Shown piece by piece: positions 49,220 to 57,863 of a stretch of 64,000 nt of DNA; positions within the stretch are counted from its first letter, which is position 1; every line of letters begins with the position of its first letter. The translations under genes and the position numbers were made by a program. The notes beneath the pieces were generated by a model that made no database searches, was not told the DNA's origin, and saw only the letters and a program-made list of their open reading frames with translations. This DNA is from an uncultured Gammaproteobacteria bacterium (GTDB lineage Bacteria > Patescibacteriota > Microgenomatia > Levybacterales > UBA12049): assembly GCA_965230895.1 (NCBI GenBank), contig OZ246394.1, positions 1,505,887 to 1,569,886 on the forward strand. The letters are read 5' to 3'.

Positions 49220-49783
49220 TTATTTGAGGATTATTACAGTTGCGATTGAGAAGTAAATTAATAAACTTAAAAGATCCTGCAAAACAGTTGTAAATGGTCC
49301 TGAACCCACAGCAGGATCCTTATGCTCTTTCCGTATTAACTCAGGTATTATTAAAGCCAAAACAGGTGCGGTTGCCATCGTTGTAAACATTGCCAATCCT
49401 ATTGTAAGACTTGTATCAAATACACCAAACCATAAATATGAAACAAGTCCGATAATTGCTCCAAAAAGTAGTCCTAAGAGCAAGCCTAAAAGCAATTCTT
49501 TAAAAATGTATTTTTTAAAGATTATACGGCGCTTACCCATGTTTCTCACATATACAGTTTGCGTTTGAGTTCCGAGTGCATCAGCCATATAAACAATAAT
49601 CGGGATAAAGAAAGCTAGTTGAATATTTTTGGCAATAAGATCTTCAAAATGCGCGGAGAGGATGGTCGCGACAATCCCACCCAAAAGTCCTACCACGAGC
49701 CATGGTAGGCGATGTTCTATCATCAGAAATGTTCTTTCTTTTGCGTCGTCCTCAAATTCTGAATCTTTTACAGAGACTGCCAT
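49220..49783 (-). CDS. MgtE-family magnesium transporter (membrane domain only)
   Basis: 'RLPWL', 'LAFFIP', 'GTQ', 'DPAVGSGPFTTVLQD'. Confidence 0.88.
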   Translation of the reverse strand: MAVSVKDSEFEDDAKERTFLMIEHRLPWLVVGLLGGIVATILSAHFEDLIAKNIQLAFFIPIIVYMADALGTQTQTVYVRNMGKRRIIFKKYIFKELLLGLLLGLLFGAIIGLVSYLWFGVFDTSLTIGLAMFTTMATAPVLALIIPELIRKEHKDPAVGSGPFTTVLQDLLSLLIYFSIATVIILK

Positions 49784-49925
49784 ATATAAGTTGTAGCACA
49801 TATCGTTTGCTACATGCTAGAGCATTTTTATGTACTCCTCTTACTGCATTTTTGCGACCTTGTTCATAAGATCAGTTGTGAAAATCAGTGTAGAAGAAGT
49901 TATACCCTTTGGGTATAATAGAGAA

Positions 49926-50621
49926 ATGCCCTTAAGACAAATATACTTTATCGTTGGTTTCTTTTTTATAATTCAATTTGTCATATTTTCCTATTTAGTC
50001 CACGAGGATTTATTTACCACTTTTGACTTTAATACTACTGTACGATTACAGGACAAGATTGGTGATAATTGGACTAATGAATTCTCCTTTTTAAGTGACA
50101 TTGGGAAGTTTGAAGTGTCGACAATCGTATTACTCGCCATTTTTCTTTTGTCACGAAAGATTGTCGCGGGAATTGCAGCATTTGCCATGTATGTAAGCTT
50201 TCATTTCGTTGAGTTATTCGGGAAGTATTTCGTGAATCATCCACCCCCGCCTGAATTTATGCTACGAACTGAGCAAATTCTCAACCTCCCACAATTTCAT
50301 GTTAGGTCGGAGTTCTCTTATCCGTCTGGTCATTCCGGGAGAGCGGTTTTTATCTCAGTTATTTTGCTTACCTTGTTATGGCAAACGAAACGACTACCAT
50401 TACTTGCCAAACTTATCCTTTCAGGAGCAATTATCGGATTTGATATTGCAATGCTTGTTTCGCGAGTAACACTCGGGGAGCATTGGACGACTGATGTTAT
50501 TGGTGGAACACTTCTTGGAATTGGATTAGCATTCTTTGCAGGAATGTTTCTTGTCAGCGGAAAGAAAGGTAAATCATTTCTGCCAAAGTATAAACTTGAA
50601 TTGAAAAAAGTAGAGAATTAG
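49926..50621 (+). CDS. PAP2 family phosphatase
   Basis: 'SYPSGH', 'SRVTLGEHWTTDVIGG'; ATG 49926 follows TATAAT. Confidence 0.88.
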   Translation: MPLRQIYFIVGFFFIIQFVIFSYLVHEDLFTTFDFNTTVRLQDKIGDNWTNEFSFLSDIGKFEVSTIVLLAIFLLSRKIVAGIAAFAMYVSFHFVELFGKYFVNHPPPPEFMLRTEQILNLPQFHVRSEFSYPSGHSGRAVFISVILLTLLWQTKRLPLLAKLILSGAIIGFDIAMLVSRVTLGEHWTTDVIGGTLLGIGLAFFAGMFLVSGKKGKSFLPKYKLELKKVEN

Positions 50622-51265
50622 TTCTCAAACTTGAAAGTTTTAAGAACTTCTTCGATTTGCTCTCGGTCGTCTGATCCGCTCGCAAAAATGACAAGTGCTC
50701 CTTTTGTTTCAACCATAGTTCCGAGTTCTGGTTCTTGATTATCAGGATTAGGATTTGGGACTGAAGTATAATCAATTGCCCTCAATCCATTCACTTCTCG
50801 ATTACGTACCTTTGTGAAAATCTCAGATCCGCTGTCTTGTCCAAATGGACTTTTAATAGATCGAGAGGATTTATCTGCCATTGCATGATAGGTCTCAAAA
50901 TCTTGTCCGATTGCTTTTGCAATGTTTTTTGGTACTGTTAAAATCTGTACATCTGGAGCATACGCTGGATCAGCATTATCTTCGCTTCGAAGCTCGACAG
51001 TATTTACCCCAAATCCATATGATGATTCTTTAATTTGTAACGTTTCAGGATAATTCAAAGAATATTTTTGATCTGTATTTTGATATGTTTTAAATCCGCT
51101 CGGAGCAGGTGGGACTGTTGGTTTTGCCGTTGTTGGAGTTTCTGTTGCCGGAGTTTTTATAACCGCAGTTTTAATGAAATAAACGATAAAGAATCCGATA
51201 ATTGCTATGACAACATAGAGCAATACAATAAGGGTAACTCCCAAATATTTCTTCTTTTTCGTCAT
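50618..51265 (-). CDS. Membrane-anchored hypothetical protein (PsbP/Mog1-like fold possible)
   Basis: TM, Pro/Thr linker, 'FKTYQN...YSLNYP' start and 'EVLKTFKF' end. Confidence 0.7.
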   Translation of the reverse strand: MTKKKKYLGVTLIVLLYVVIAIIGFFIVYFIKTAVIKTPATETPTTAKPTVPPAPSGFKTYQNTDQKYSLNYPETLQIKESSYGFGVNTVELRSEDNADPAYAPDVQILTVPKNIAKAIGQDFETYHAMADKSSRSIKSPFGQDSGSEIFTKVRNREVNGLRAIDYTSVPNPNPDNQEPELGTMVETKGALVIFASGSDDREQIEEVLKTFKFEN

Positions 51266-51353
51266 GCCACTATTGTAGCAGAGAAAACGTCTTCTTTCAT
51301 TCTTCTTACCGCTCTGTCATACTTCTGCCGAATAACTCAGGTAGTATCGAACC

Positions 51354-51599
51354 ATGGATTTACAGAATACTTTCTATCTTCTCGGTATTGTCTATATGGT
51401 ATTGGGAATAATTATTCTTCTGGGAATAGTGGTTCTCCTTTTTTATATTAAAAAGAAGATTGGAGATTTGCATGATTTTGTGGAATTGCGTGTTGATCAA
51501 GTAACTAATCTCGGACTTAAACCCGTCAAAAAAGCCGCAGATATCGTTCGAGACATTCTTCCAACTCCTTCTAAGAAATCTTCTGCACGCAAAAGATAA
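51354..51599 (+). CDS. Small membrane protein
   Basis: 81-aa ORF with an N-terminal TM. Confidence 0.65.
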   Translation: MDLQNTFYLLGIVYMVLGIIILLGIVVLLFYIKKKIGDLHDFVELRVDQVTNLGLKPVKKAADIVRDILPTPSKKSSARKR

Positions 51600-51640
51600 A
51601 ATTCTTTTTTTAGTAATCGTCCTTTATTAAAATTTTTATA

Positions 51641-51698
51641 TCACCCAAAAAACGAGAATATATATTCATAAGTTATATCTTCTCGTTTTAGTGGGTAT
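51641..51698. terminator. Bidirectional terminator-like inverted repeat
   Basis: AAAACGAGAA...TTCTCGTTTT between convergent genes. Confidence 0.5.
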
Positions 51699-51699
51699 T

Positions 51700-52056
51700 T
51701 TAGTTTTTTTCAGTCTTCTTTTGCAGATCCTGAACATCATGAGCCATTTGTTTGGTAGCTTGATCTGTTTGTTCAGACAACTGCGTCGCTTTCTGGCTTA
51801 ACTTTTCTGCTGTATCGATTGCTGTCTTCGAAAACTCTGTTAACTTGTCTCGAGTCCCTTTATCAGTTGCTGCAGCGCCTAGGATTCCTCCTACAGCCGC
51901 TCCGACAACAACTCCAGCAGCAGTTCCCATCATTTGTGTACCGCCTTTAGAACCTGTTTTATTGACAGTTTCTTTTACTTTCTTGGCAATATTCTGCGGT
52001 TGCATCTGCTTAGGCATTGTTTTGTTATTAGAAACATTAGTTTTACTTGCTGTCAT
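51700..52056 (-). CDS. YtxH-like small protein
   Basis: Gly/Ala-rich 'GVVVGAAVGGILGA' followed by 'GTRDKL' and a coiled-coil; strong SD AAAGGAGGTG. Confidence 0.65.
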   Translation of the reverse strand: MTASKTNVSNNKTMPKQMQPQNIAKKVKETVNKTGSKGGTQMMGTAAGVVVGAAVGGILGAAATDKGTRDKLTEFSKTAIDTAEKLSQKATQLSEQTDQATKQMAHDVQDLQKKTEKN

Positions 52057-52148
52057 ATTTTCACCTCCTTTCTTTATTAATACTAGAGTAGTATTGTTAT
52101 GGTAAGTTGAGAGGTTTGTGTGTGAACGGTATGAATTGGAGGGAATTA

Positions 52149-53114
52149 TTAAATCTTAGTTACTTTTACTTCCTGCGTGACTCTTGTCTCTGGAGTAGTA
52201 TTGATCTCATATTCAACAGTTGTTGCATCTTTCCATCCCTTAACTAAGCCTCTTGCTGGCAATAACTCCATCCGTTCTGTAACTAAATCGATTGCAATCA
52301 TAAATGTTGCTGGATCAATGGGCCCGACATTAAATGTATTTCCATAACTTAGTGCAACTTTTCGTCCATCAGGTGATGGCATCATTTGGCTTATTGTTGC
52401 AGTTTTTTGTATCTGAAGAGCGGGAAGTGCACGCTTCATATCAGCAAGCGTAATGTCTTTAACAGCTTTCTTTTGAGGGATGGAGTATACTATGACATTC
52501 TGATAATCTGTTTTGCTTCCACCGGCATATATTACTTGAGAGAAATCCTTTGAGAAAAATGCTGAATCACCATATGCGGAATCGTATGTATATCCAATGA
52601 TCCTTACTTCTGTTGTCCGTGCGTTAATTATTTGCACTTCATTTAATAGATCCCAGTCTTCACGTTTAAATAACCGTATCCTAAGATCATTTTGTTTACC
52701 ATTTGCAATAAAGAATGGACCGGGAAGTGGTGTTGGAGTAGGTGTAACTTTTTTTGTAGGTAAAAGAGAATCTATATCAATGGTTGGCTCAGGAATATAA
52801 TCATATTGAGGCGTTACTTCGCCTCGAGGAGTAGGAGTTCTATATGGATTCGTTGTGACTATGCCTGCTCCTCCGGTGACTTGCGCATCGACTTCATTTG
52901 TTGGAATCGGAGTACCTTGTTCATTAACTACAACTGAGTTTTGTGGTGTAAGTATGCCATTCTTTTGTGCACCAGGAGCTAGAAAGCCTGCCACCAAAGC
53001 AGCAATAACTGCAACAGCCATGACACCCAAGGAAATGAAAATAATTTTCTTTTTATTTAATTTTTCAGCCGGATCAGCTGTCGGAAATTCAGGTTGAGGT
53101 GAGAATAATGCCAT
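52149..53114 (-). CDS. Membrane-anchored hypothetical protein
   Basis: TM, Pro/Thr-rich linker and a beta-propeller-like region ('SPDGRKVA'). Confidence 0.7.
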   Translation of the reverse strand: MALFSPQPEFPTADPAEKLNKKKIIFISLGVMAVAVIAALVAGFLAPGAQKNGILTPQNSVVVNEQGTPIPTNEVDAQVTGGAGIVTTNPYRTPTPRGEVTPQYDYIPEPTIDIDSLLPTKKVTPTPTPLPGPFFIANGKQNDLRIRLFKREDWDLLNEVQIINARTTEVRIIGYTYDSAYGDSAFFSKDFSQVIYAGGSKTDYQNVIVYSIPQKKAVKDITLADMKRALPALQIQKTATISQMMPSPDGRKVALSYGNTFNVGPIDPATFMIAIDLVTERMELLPARGLVKGWKDATTVEYEINTTPETRVTQEVKVTKI

Positions 53115-53199
53115 GTACTTTATAGTATTCCAATTATCGCAACATAATTCAAGTGAAATTCCTATTTACGACTCAAAAGCATTTCTGTAGAATGGGCTC

Positions 53200-53772
53200 A
53201 TGGCAGATCTTTTCATACCTATCTTACTTGGCACGGTCAGACAAAAGCGAGAATCTATTAAAGCTGCTCGACTTATTGAAAAAGTTGGTAAATCAATAGG
53301 AGGGATTGAAGTACAATTAGTCGATCCAAATGACTATCATTTCCCTTATGATGGGAATGATCCAGAAGGGAAAGATCCAAAATACTCTGCGTTGACTGCC
53401 CGAGCTGATGCTTTCTTTATTGTTACTCCTGAATATAATCATAGTTTTCCCGGGACATTAAAAAGGATGCTTGATAGTGAATTGCAAAATTACATCCATA
53501 AACCCGTGGCTTTTGCTGGTGTTTCTAATGGCATATTTGGAGGAGCCCGAGCTATAGAGTCTCTTGTAAATACTGTCCGTGAAATGGGAATGGTTGCAAC
53601 TTTTTCGGATGTCTATTTCCCTCAAGTACAAAACCTTTTTGATGAAAGAGGTGAAATCATTGATGATGGTTATATTCGTAGAATTGAACGAGGGTTCACA
53701 GAGCTTATCTGGATGGCAGAATCACTGAAGTGGGGCCGAGAAAACCTAGAAAGCCTTTACCATAAAAAATAG
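53200..53772 (+). CDS. NADPH-dependent FMN reductase
   Basis: 'LGTVR', 'VTPEYNHSFPGTLK', 'KPVA...GGARA'. Confidence 0.9.
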   Translation: MADLFIPILLGTVRQKRESIKAARLIEKVGKSIGGIEVQLVDPNDYHFPYDGNDPEGKDPKYSALTARADAFFIVTPEYNHSFPGTLKRMLDSELQNYIHKPVAFAGVSNGIFGGARAIESLVNTVREMGMVATFSDVYFPQVQNLFDERGEIIDDGYIRRIERGFTELIWMAESLKWGRENLESLYHKK

Positions 53773-53773
53773 T

Positions 53774-54922
53774 TTATTTTATTGGGAGAGAGAATGAAAA
53801 AGTAGAGCCTTTCCCAAATGTACTTTTGACCCATATTTTCCCACCGTGTTGTTTTATAATTTCTGAAACGAGGTATAATCCAAGACCTAGTCCTTCAATT
53901 TGATTTTCGGCTTTTCCTTTAACTCTGAAGAATCGTTCAAATACTTTCTTCTGTTCCTCTTTGGAGATACCAAATCCAAAATCCTTTACATTAATGATTA
54001 TTTCTTTTGGTTTCTCGACAAGTTTAATTATTACCTTATTTGCGTTGGGCGAATATTTAATTGCATTGATTATAAGATTAATGAGCACCTCATGAATACG
54101 CTCTTTATCAGCCTGGATATCTCTTTTGATTTCACCCTTAATATGAAGGTCATGCGTTGTTGTCGTATATTGAAAGGCTTCTACTACTTCATGGACCAGT
54201 TTATTTATATTCACTTGCTGCTTATAAATCTCGATTTTTCCCGTTTGAGCTTTGTAAACATTTGCAAAAGAATTAAGTAGACCTGTCAGGCGTTCCATTT
54301 GATTTGCAACTTTTGCCAAAAGAAATTGAGATTTTTTATCACCTGTCTTTGCATGATATCCTTGCATGATTTGAATAAATGCTGTTACTGTTGTAATCGG
54401 TGTCTTCAGTTCGTGTGTTACATAGCCAATAAAGTCATCTTTTTGCTGTTCGATCAAACGTCTTTTCGTTATGTCCTCAATTTCAAGTAAAATAAATTCA
54501 GTAGCAAATTTGCCCAATAAAATCCTTTTTGCATTGAGCACGAGTGTTCTCGTCCCAATCTTTTCAAACGTATAAGAAACTTCTACTTCTTCAAAAGAAG
54601 TATTGTCATTCGATAATGCCTGCAGTTTTGCGACTAAACTTTTGACCTCATGATCTTGTGCTGCAACTTCAGCAAGATTCGCTCCTAGTGTTTGTTTTTT
54701 TGCTAATTTGAAGGATTTAAAAAAGGTTTTATTTGCAGATCTGATTGTCAGGGATTTATCGAGGATAAGAATCGGTTCATGTACAGCTTCAACAATTGCT
54801 TCGACGTAAGCGTACGGATCAATCTTATCAATACTGGGGGTTGGGGGAGCGTTTACAGACCCACGAAACAACAGGTTTTGCAACCCAACGAGTGATTTTC
54901 TCTTGAGCCTTGTACTCTTCAT
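53774..54922 (-). CDS. PAS domain sensor histidine kinase
   Basis: PAS region, H-box 'THELKTP', 'NLIINAIKYS', 'DFGFGI', 'GLGLGL', 'GSTFSF'. Confidence 0.92.
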   Translation of the reverse strand: MKSTRLKRKSLVGLQNLLFRGSVNAPPTPSIDKIDPYAYVEAIVEAVHEPILILDKSLTIRSANKTFFKSFKLAKKQTLGANLAEVAAQDHEVKSLVAKLQALSNDNTSFEEVEVSYTFEKIGTRTLVLNAKRILLGKFATEFILLEIEDITKRRLIEQQKDDFIGYVTHELKTPITTVTAFIQIMQGYHAKTGDKKSQFLLAKVANQMERLTGLLNSFANVYKAQTGKIEIYKQQVNINKLVHEVVEAFQYTTTTHDLHIKGEIKRDIQADKERIHEVLINLIINAIKYSPNANKVIIKLVEKPKEIIINVKDFGFGISKEEQKKVFERFFRVKGKAENQIEGLGLGLYLVSEIIKQHGGKIWVKSTFGKGSTFSFSLPIK

Positions 54923-54981
54923 AATTCCCGCCTAAGAATTAATTCAGATATATCACAAACCATGCGTAAACACAATATCCA

Positions 54982-55770
54982 TTATGTTAAGAAAAATTGT
55001 AAGAGCTGTGGGTGATGCAGATGTATAAGTACTAAATAAAGTATAAGATCTGCTGTAAGATGGATGGCAATTACATATAAAAGTGACTCTGTCTTTTTGA
55101 AGACATATCCTTGTAATAATGCAAAGAAGAAAATAATAATAAATATCCATCCACGAAATCCTAATTCATAAAGAAACGCCGTAAACATTATGCTCTGGAT
55201 AAGGTTTGCAATAAGGAAGGAGAGATGCTTTCTCAGTATCCCCAAAACAGTGTTTACGAAGAATAATTCATCCCAAATCCCCAAAGCGTTTGTACCGAGA
55301 AATAGTATAAAAAGATTTATAGCACCAAGTTCCACAGTCCAATTGAGATAAGAACCCGTTTCACGTAGCATGAAAGGAAAGAGGAGATAGGCAATTATGA
55401 AAGTGAGGAATATGTAACCAATTTCTTTTTTAGTCCATTTTCTTCCATGATGCATCTTAAAGCGTACTAAATGATCTCTATACAAATATCTAGAAATCAC
55501 GTAGGGGATTGCTATTGCAAGCGTTAGAAGCCCACCCATTTGTAGCATATGCGTAATGCTGATATCGGTAGTTATTGGAGTTACTCCAAGCAACGCTAAA
55601 CTAATATAAACGAGAATTATATCTTTTCTTAAGCTCTTGTCACAAAAGAATAAAGCTACTACACCCGCAAGGAAAATATACCAGCCAAAAGGTTTCATTT
55701 GTAATGCAATAAGAAAGACTGCTGTGATAGGGAGGAGAAGTAACGTTACAACTTTAAAAAGCTTATTCAT
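54982..55770 (-). CDS. CPBP (Abi/CAAX protease-like) intramembrane metalloprotease
   Basis: Multi-TM; 'WDELFF', 'F...LYE', 'IHL..D'; start ATG 55770 directly after the guaA stop. Confidence 0.8.
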   Translation of the reverse strand: MNKLFKVVTLLLLPITAVFLIALQMKPFGWYIFLAGVVALFFCDKSLRKDIILVYISLALLGVTPITTDISITHMLQMGGLLTLAIAIPYVISRYLYRDHLVRFKMHHGRKWTKKEIGYIFLTFIIAYLLFPFMLRETGSYLNWTVELGAINLFILFLGTNALGIWDELFFVNTVLGILRKHLSFLIANLIQSIMFTAFLYELGFRGWIFIIIFFFALLQGYVFKKTESLLYVIAIHLTADLILYLVLIHLHHPQLLQFFLT

Positions 55771-55771
55771 A

Positions 55772-57289
55772 TTATTCCCATTCCATTGTTGCTGGAGGCT
55801 TCGTGGTAATGTCATAAACAACACGAGATACATGCGGAACTTCATTGACAATTCTTGATGCAATTGTTTGCAATACGTTATATGGCACATCTGCAACACT
55901 AGAGGTCATCACATCAACAGATTCATATGCGCGAATGCCGACCACTTCCGCAAAGACTCTAGCATCGCCTTTTACTGCAGTGCTAAATGCCCCGGTCATA
56001 ATTGCAAAGCATTGGAAGACTCGGTTGTATATGTCAGCATTCATAAACTCTTCAAGGACAATTTCATCAGCTATTTTTACTTGATCTAATCGTTCTTTTG
56101 TAACTTCTCCACGAATCCTTACCGCGTATCCTGGACCAGGGAAAGGGTGAAGCATAATAACCTCCTCTGGAAGGCCTGCAAGTCTTCCAATTTCACGAAC
56201 TTCATCTTTATAGAAGTTCCTCACTGGTTCAAGCAATTTTAACTTCATATCTTTTGGTAAGCCACCGACATTGTGATGTGATTTAATATGCGATGCATGT
56301 TTCGAACCCTTTGATTCAATAACATCTGAATAGATAGTTCCTTGTCCAAGGAAAGCTGCTTCCGGGTGTTTCTCCGCAATGCCTTGAAAGAGATCGACAT
56401 ATAATTTACCGATAATTTTTCTCTTTTGTTCTGGATCTATAACACCTTTTAATGCTTGTAGAAACTGCTTTCTTGCATCGATAATAACCAGATCTGATTT
56501 AACAAGTTTTGAGAAAATATATTTGACGCGATCTTCAGTATCATTTCTCATCAAACCGCTTTCTACATACACAGGAATTAAATTTTTCCCAATAGCTTTT
56601 CCGATGAGAAAAGCAGCTACAGTCGAATCAACTCCACCTGAAACTGCGCAAATCACTTTTTGCGAGCCTACAGTTTCTTTTATCTCATTAATTAATTTTT
56701 GAGGATCCAATGAAAGGATTTCTAATGTTTCTTTACAGATCATGGCGAAGTTTCTTAAGACCTCTAAACCGTTTTCAGTATGATGAACTTCCGGATGAAA
56801 TTGAACGCCATATAACCTCTCTGCAGCATTCTCAACAGCGGTAAATTCGACAGTTTTTGTGGAGGCGGTAACAGTAAATCCTTTGGGCAAAGTGATAACT
56901 GAATCGCCATGGGAAACATATACTTGAAAAGGTTTTTTCGGAAGCTTATCGAGAACTCCAACTGAATGATTAATTTTTACTTTCTCCGGACCATATTCTT
57001 TTGTAGTATTTTTCACTTTTCCACCAAGAAGTTTTGCCATGATTTGCCATCCGTAACAGATGCCAAGGATTGGTATATTTTGGTCGAAAATGTCCTTCGA
57101 AATAGTTGGAGCATCCTTATCATACACAGATGAAGGACCTCCAGAAAGAATAATACCAGTAGGGTTGAGTTTGTGAGTTTGTTCTAGAGCATCTTCCGGA
57201 TGGACATATTCTACTTTTACGCCAATTTGTCGCAGACGCCTGCCGATAAGGTGTGCAGTTTGCGAACCAAAATCGACAATAAGGATCAT
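55772..57289 (-). CDS. guaA: GMP synthase (glutamine-hydrolysing)
   Basis: 'DFGSQ', 'GICYG', 'QFHPEV', 'SGGVDS', 'IKSHHNVGGLP', 'KPPATMEWE'. Confidence 0.97.
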   Translation of the reverse strand: MILIVDFGSQTAHLIGRRLRQIGVKVEYVHPEDALEQTHKLNPTGIILSGGPSSVYDKDAPTISKDIFDQNIPILGICYGWQIMAKLLGGKVKNTTKEYGPEKVKINHSVGVLDKLPKKPFQVYVSHGDSVITLPKGFTVTASTKTVEFTAVENAAERLYGVQFHPEVHHTENGLEVLRNFAMICKETLEILSLDPQKLINEIKETVGSQKVICAVSGGVDSTVAAFLIGKAIGKNLIPVYVESGLMRNDTEDRVKYIFSKLVKSDLVIIDARKQFLQALKGVIDPEQKRKIIGKLYVDLFQGIAEKHPEAAFLGQGTIYSDVIESKGSKHASHIKSHHNVGGLPKDMKLKLLEPVRNFYKDEVREIGRLAGLPEEVIMLHPFPGPGYAVRIRGEVTKERLDQVKIADEIVLEEFMNADIYNRVFQCFAIMTGAFSTAVKGDARVFAEVVGIRAYESVDVMTSSVADVPYNVLQTIASRIVNEVPHVSRVVYDITTKPPATMEWE

Positions 57290-57327
57290 GTACTTATTAT
57301 AGAGATTGTGCGTAATTCGTCAAGGAT

Positions 57328-57843
57328 CTAACGATACGGAAGGAGGACTCTATTAATGCCGTGTATAACACCATTTTGGGATTTTACATCTGGGTTTACT
57401 ATTTGTGCATCATTAACATACCATTTGTTATTTCGCTTCGTGATTTTAACTTGCTCAGAATTCACAGTCGTTAATATCATTCCGTCATTAAAGCTTGAGG
57501 TTGGATAATTTCCAAGTACCATGTGATTATTTGCCGTATGTACTTGCATAACATTATCTGTTTTATCGTTAAGGAGTTTCAAAACTTCAGGAGAGAGACT
57601 TTTATATGCTTCTTCTGTTGGCGCAAAAAGAGTAATCTGTGTCTCACTTTGCAATGCATTTTCCATTTTTGCGTCTTTAAGAATTCTCATAGAGGTTTCC
57701 TGATCTTTATCCGAAGAAAGATTTTGCAGCACGGTAGATTCATCAGTCTTTACACCAAACAACGGCTCACCACGCAAAAGAATACTTGCAATTCCGATTA
57801 CGAAAAGTCCTAATACAATCAATGGTAAAAATTTACTATTCAT
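57328..57843 (-). CDS. Fasciclin (FAS1) domain protein
   Basis: 'ITLFAPTEEAY', 'NGVIHGINRVLLP'; N-terminal TM; ATG 57843 lies 6 nt after TATACT. Confidence 0.88.
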   Translation of the reverse strand: MNSKFLPLIVLGLFVIGIASILLRGEPLFGVKTDESTVLQNLSSDKDQETSMRILKDAKMENALQSETQITLFAPTEEAYKSLSPEVLKLLNDKTDNVMQVHTANNHMVLGNYPTSSFNDGMILTTVNSEQVKITKRNNKWYVNDAQIVNPDVKSQNGVIHGINRVLLPYR

Positions 57844-57863
57844 ATATAAAGTATACAATCATT

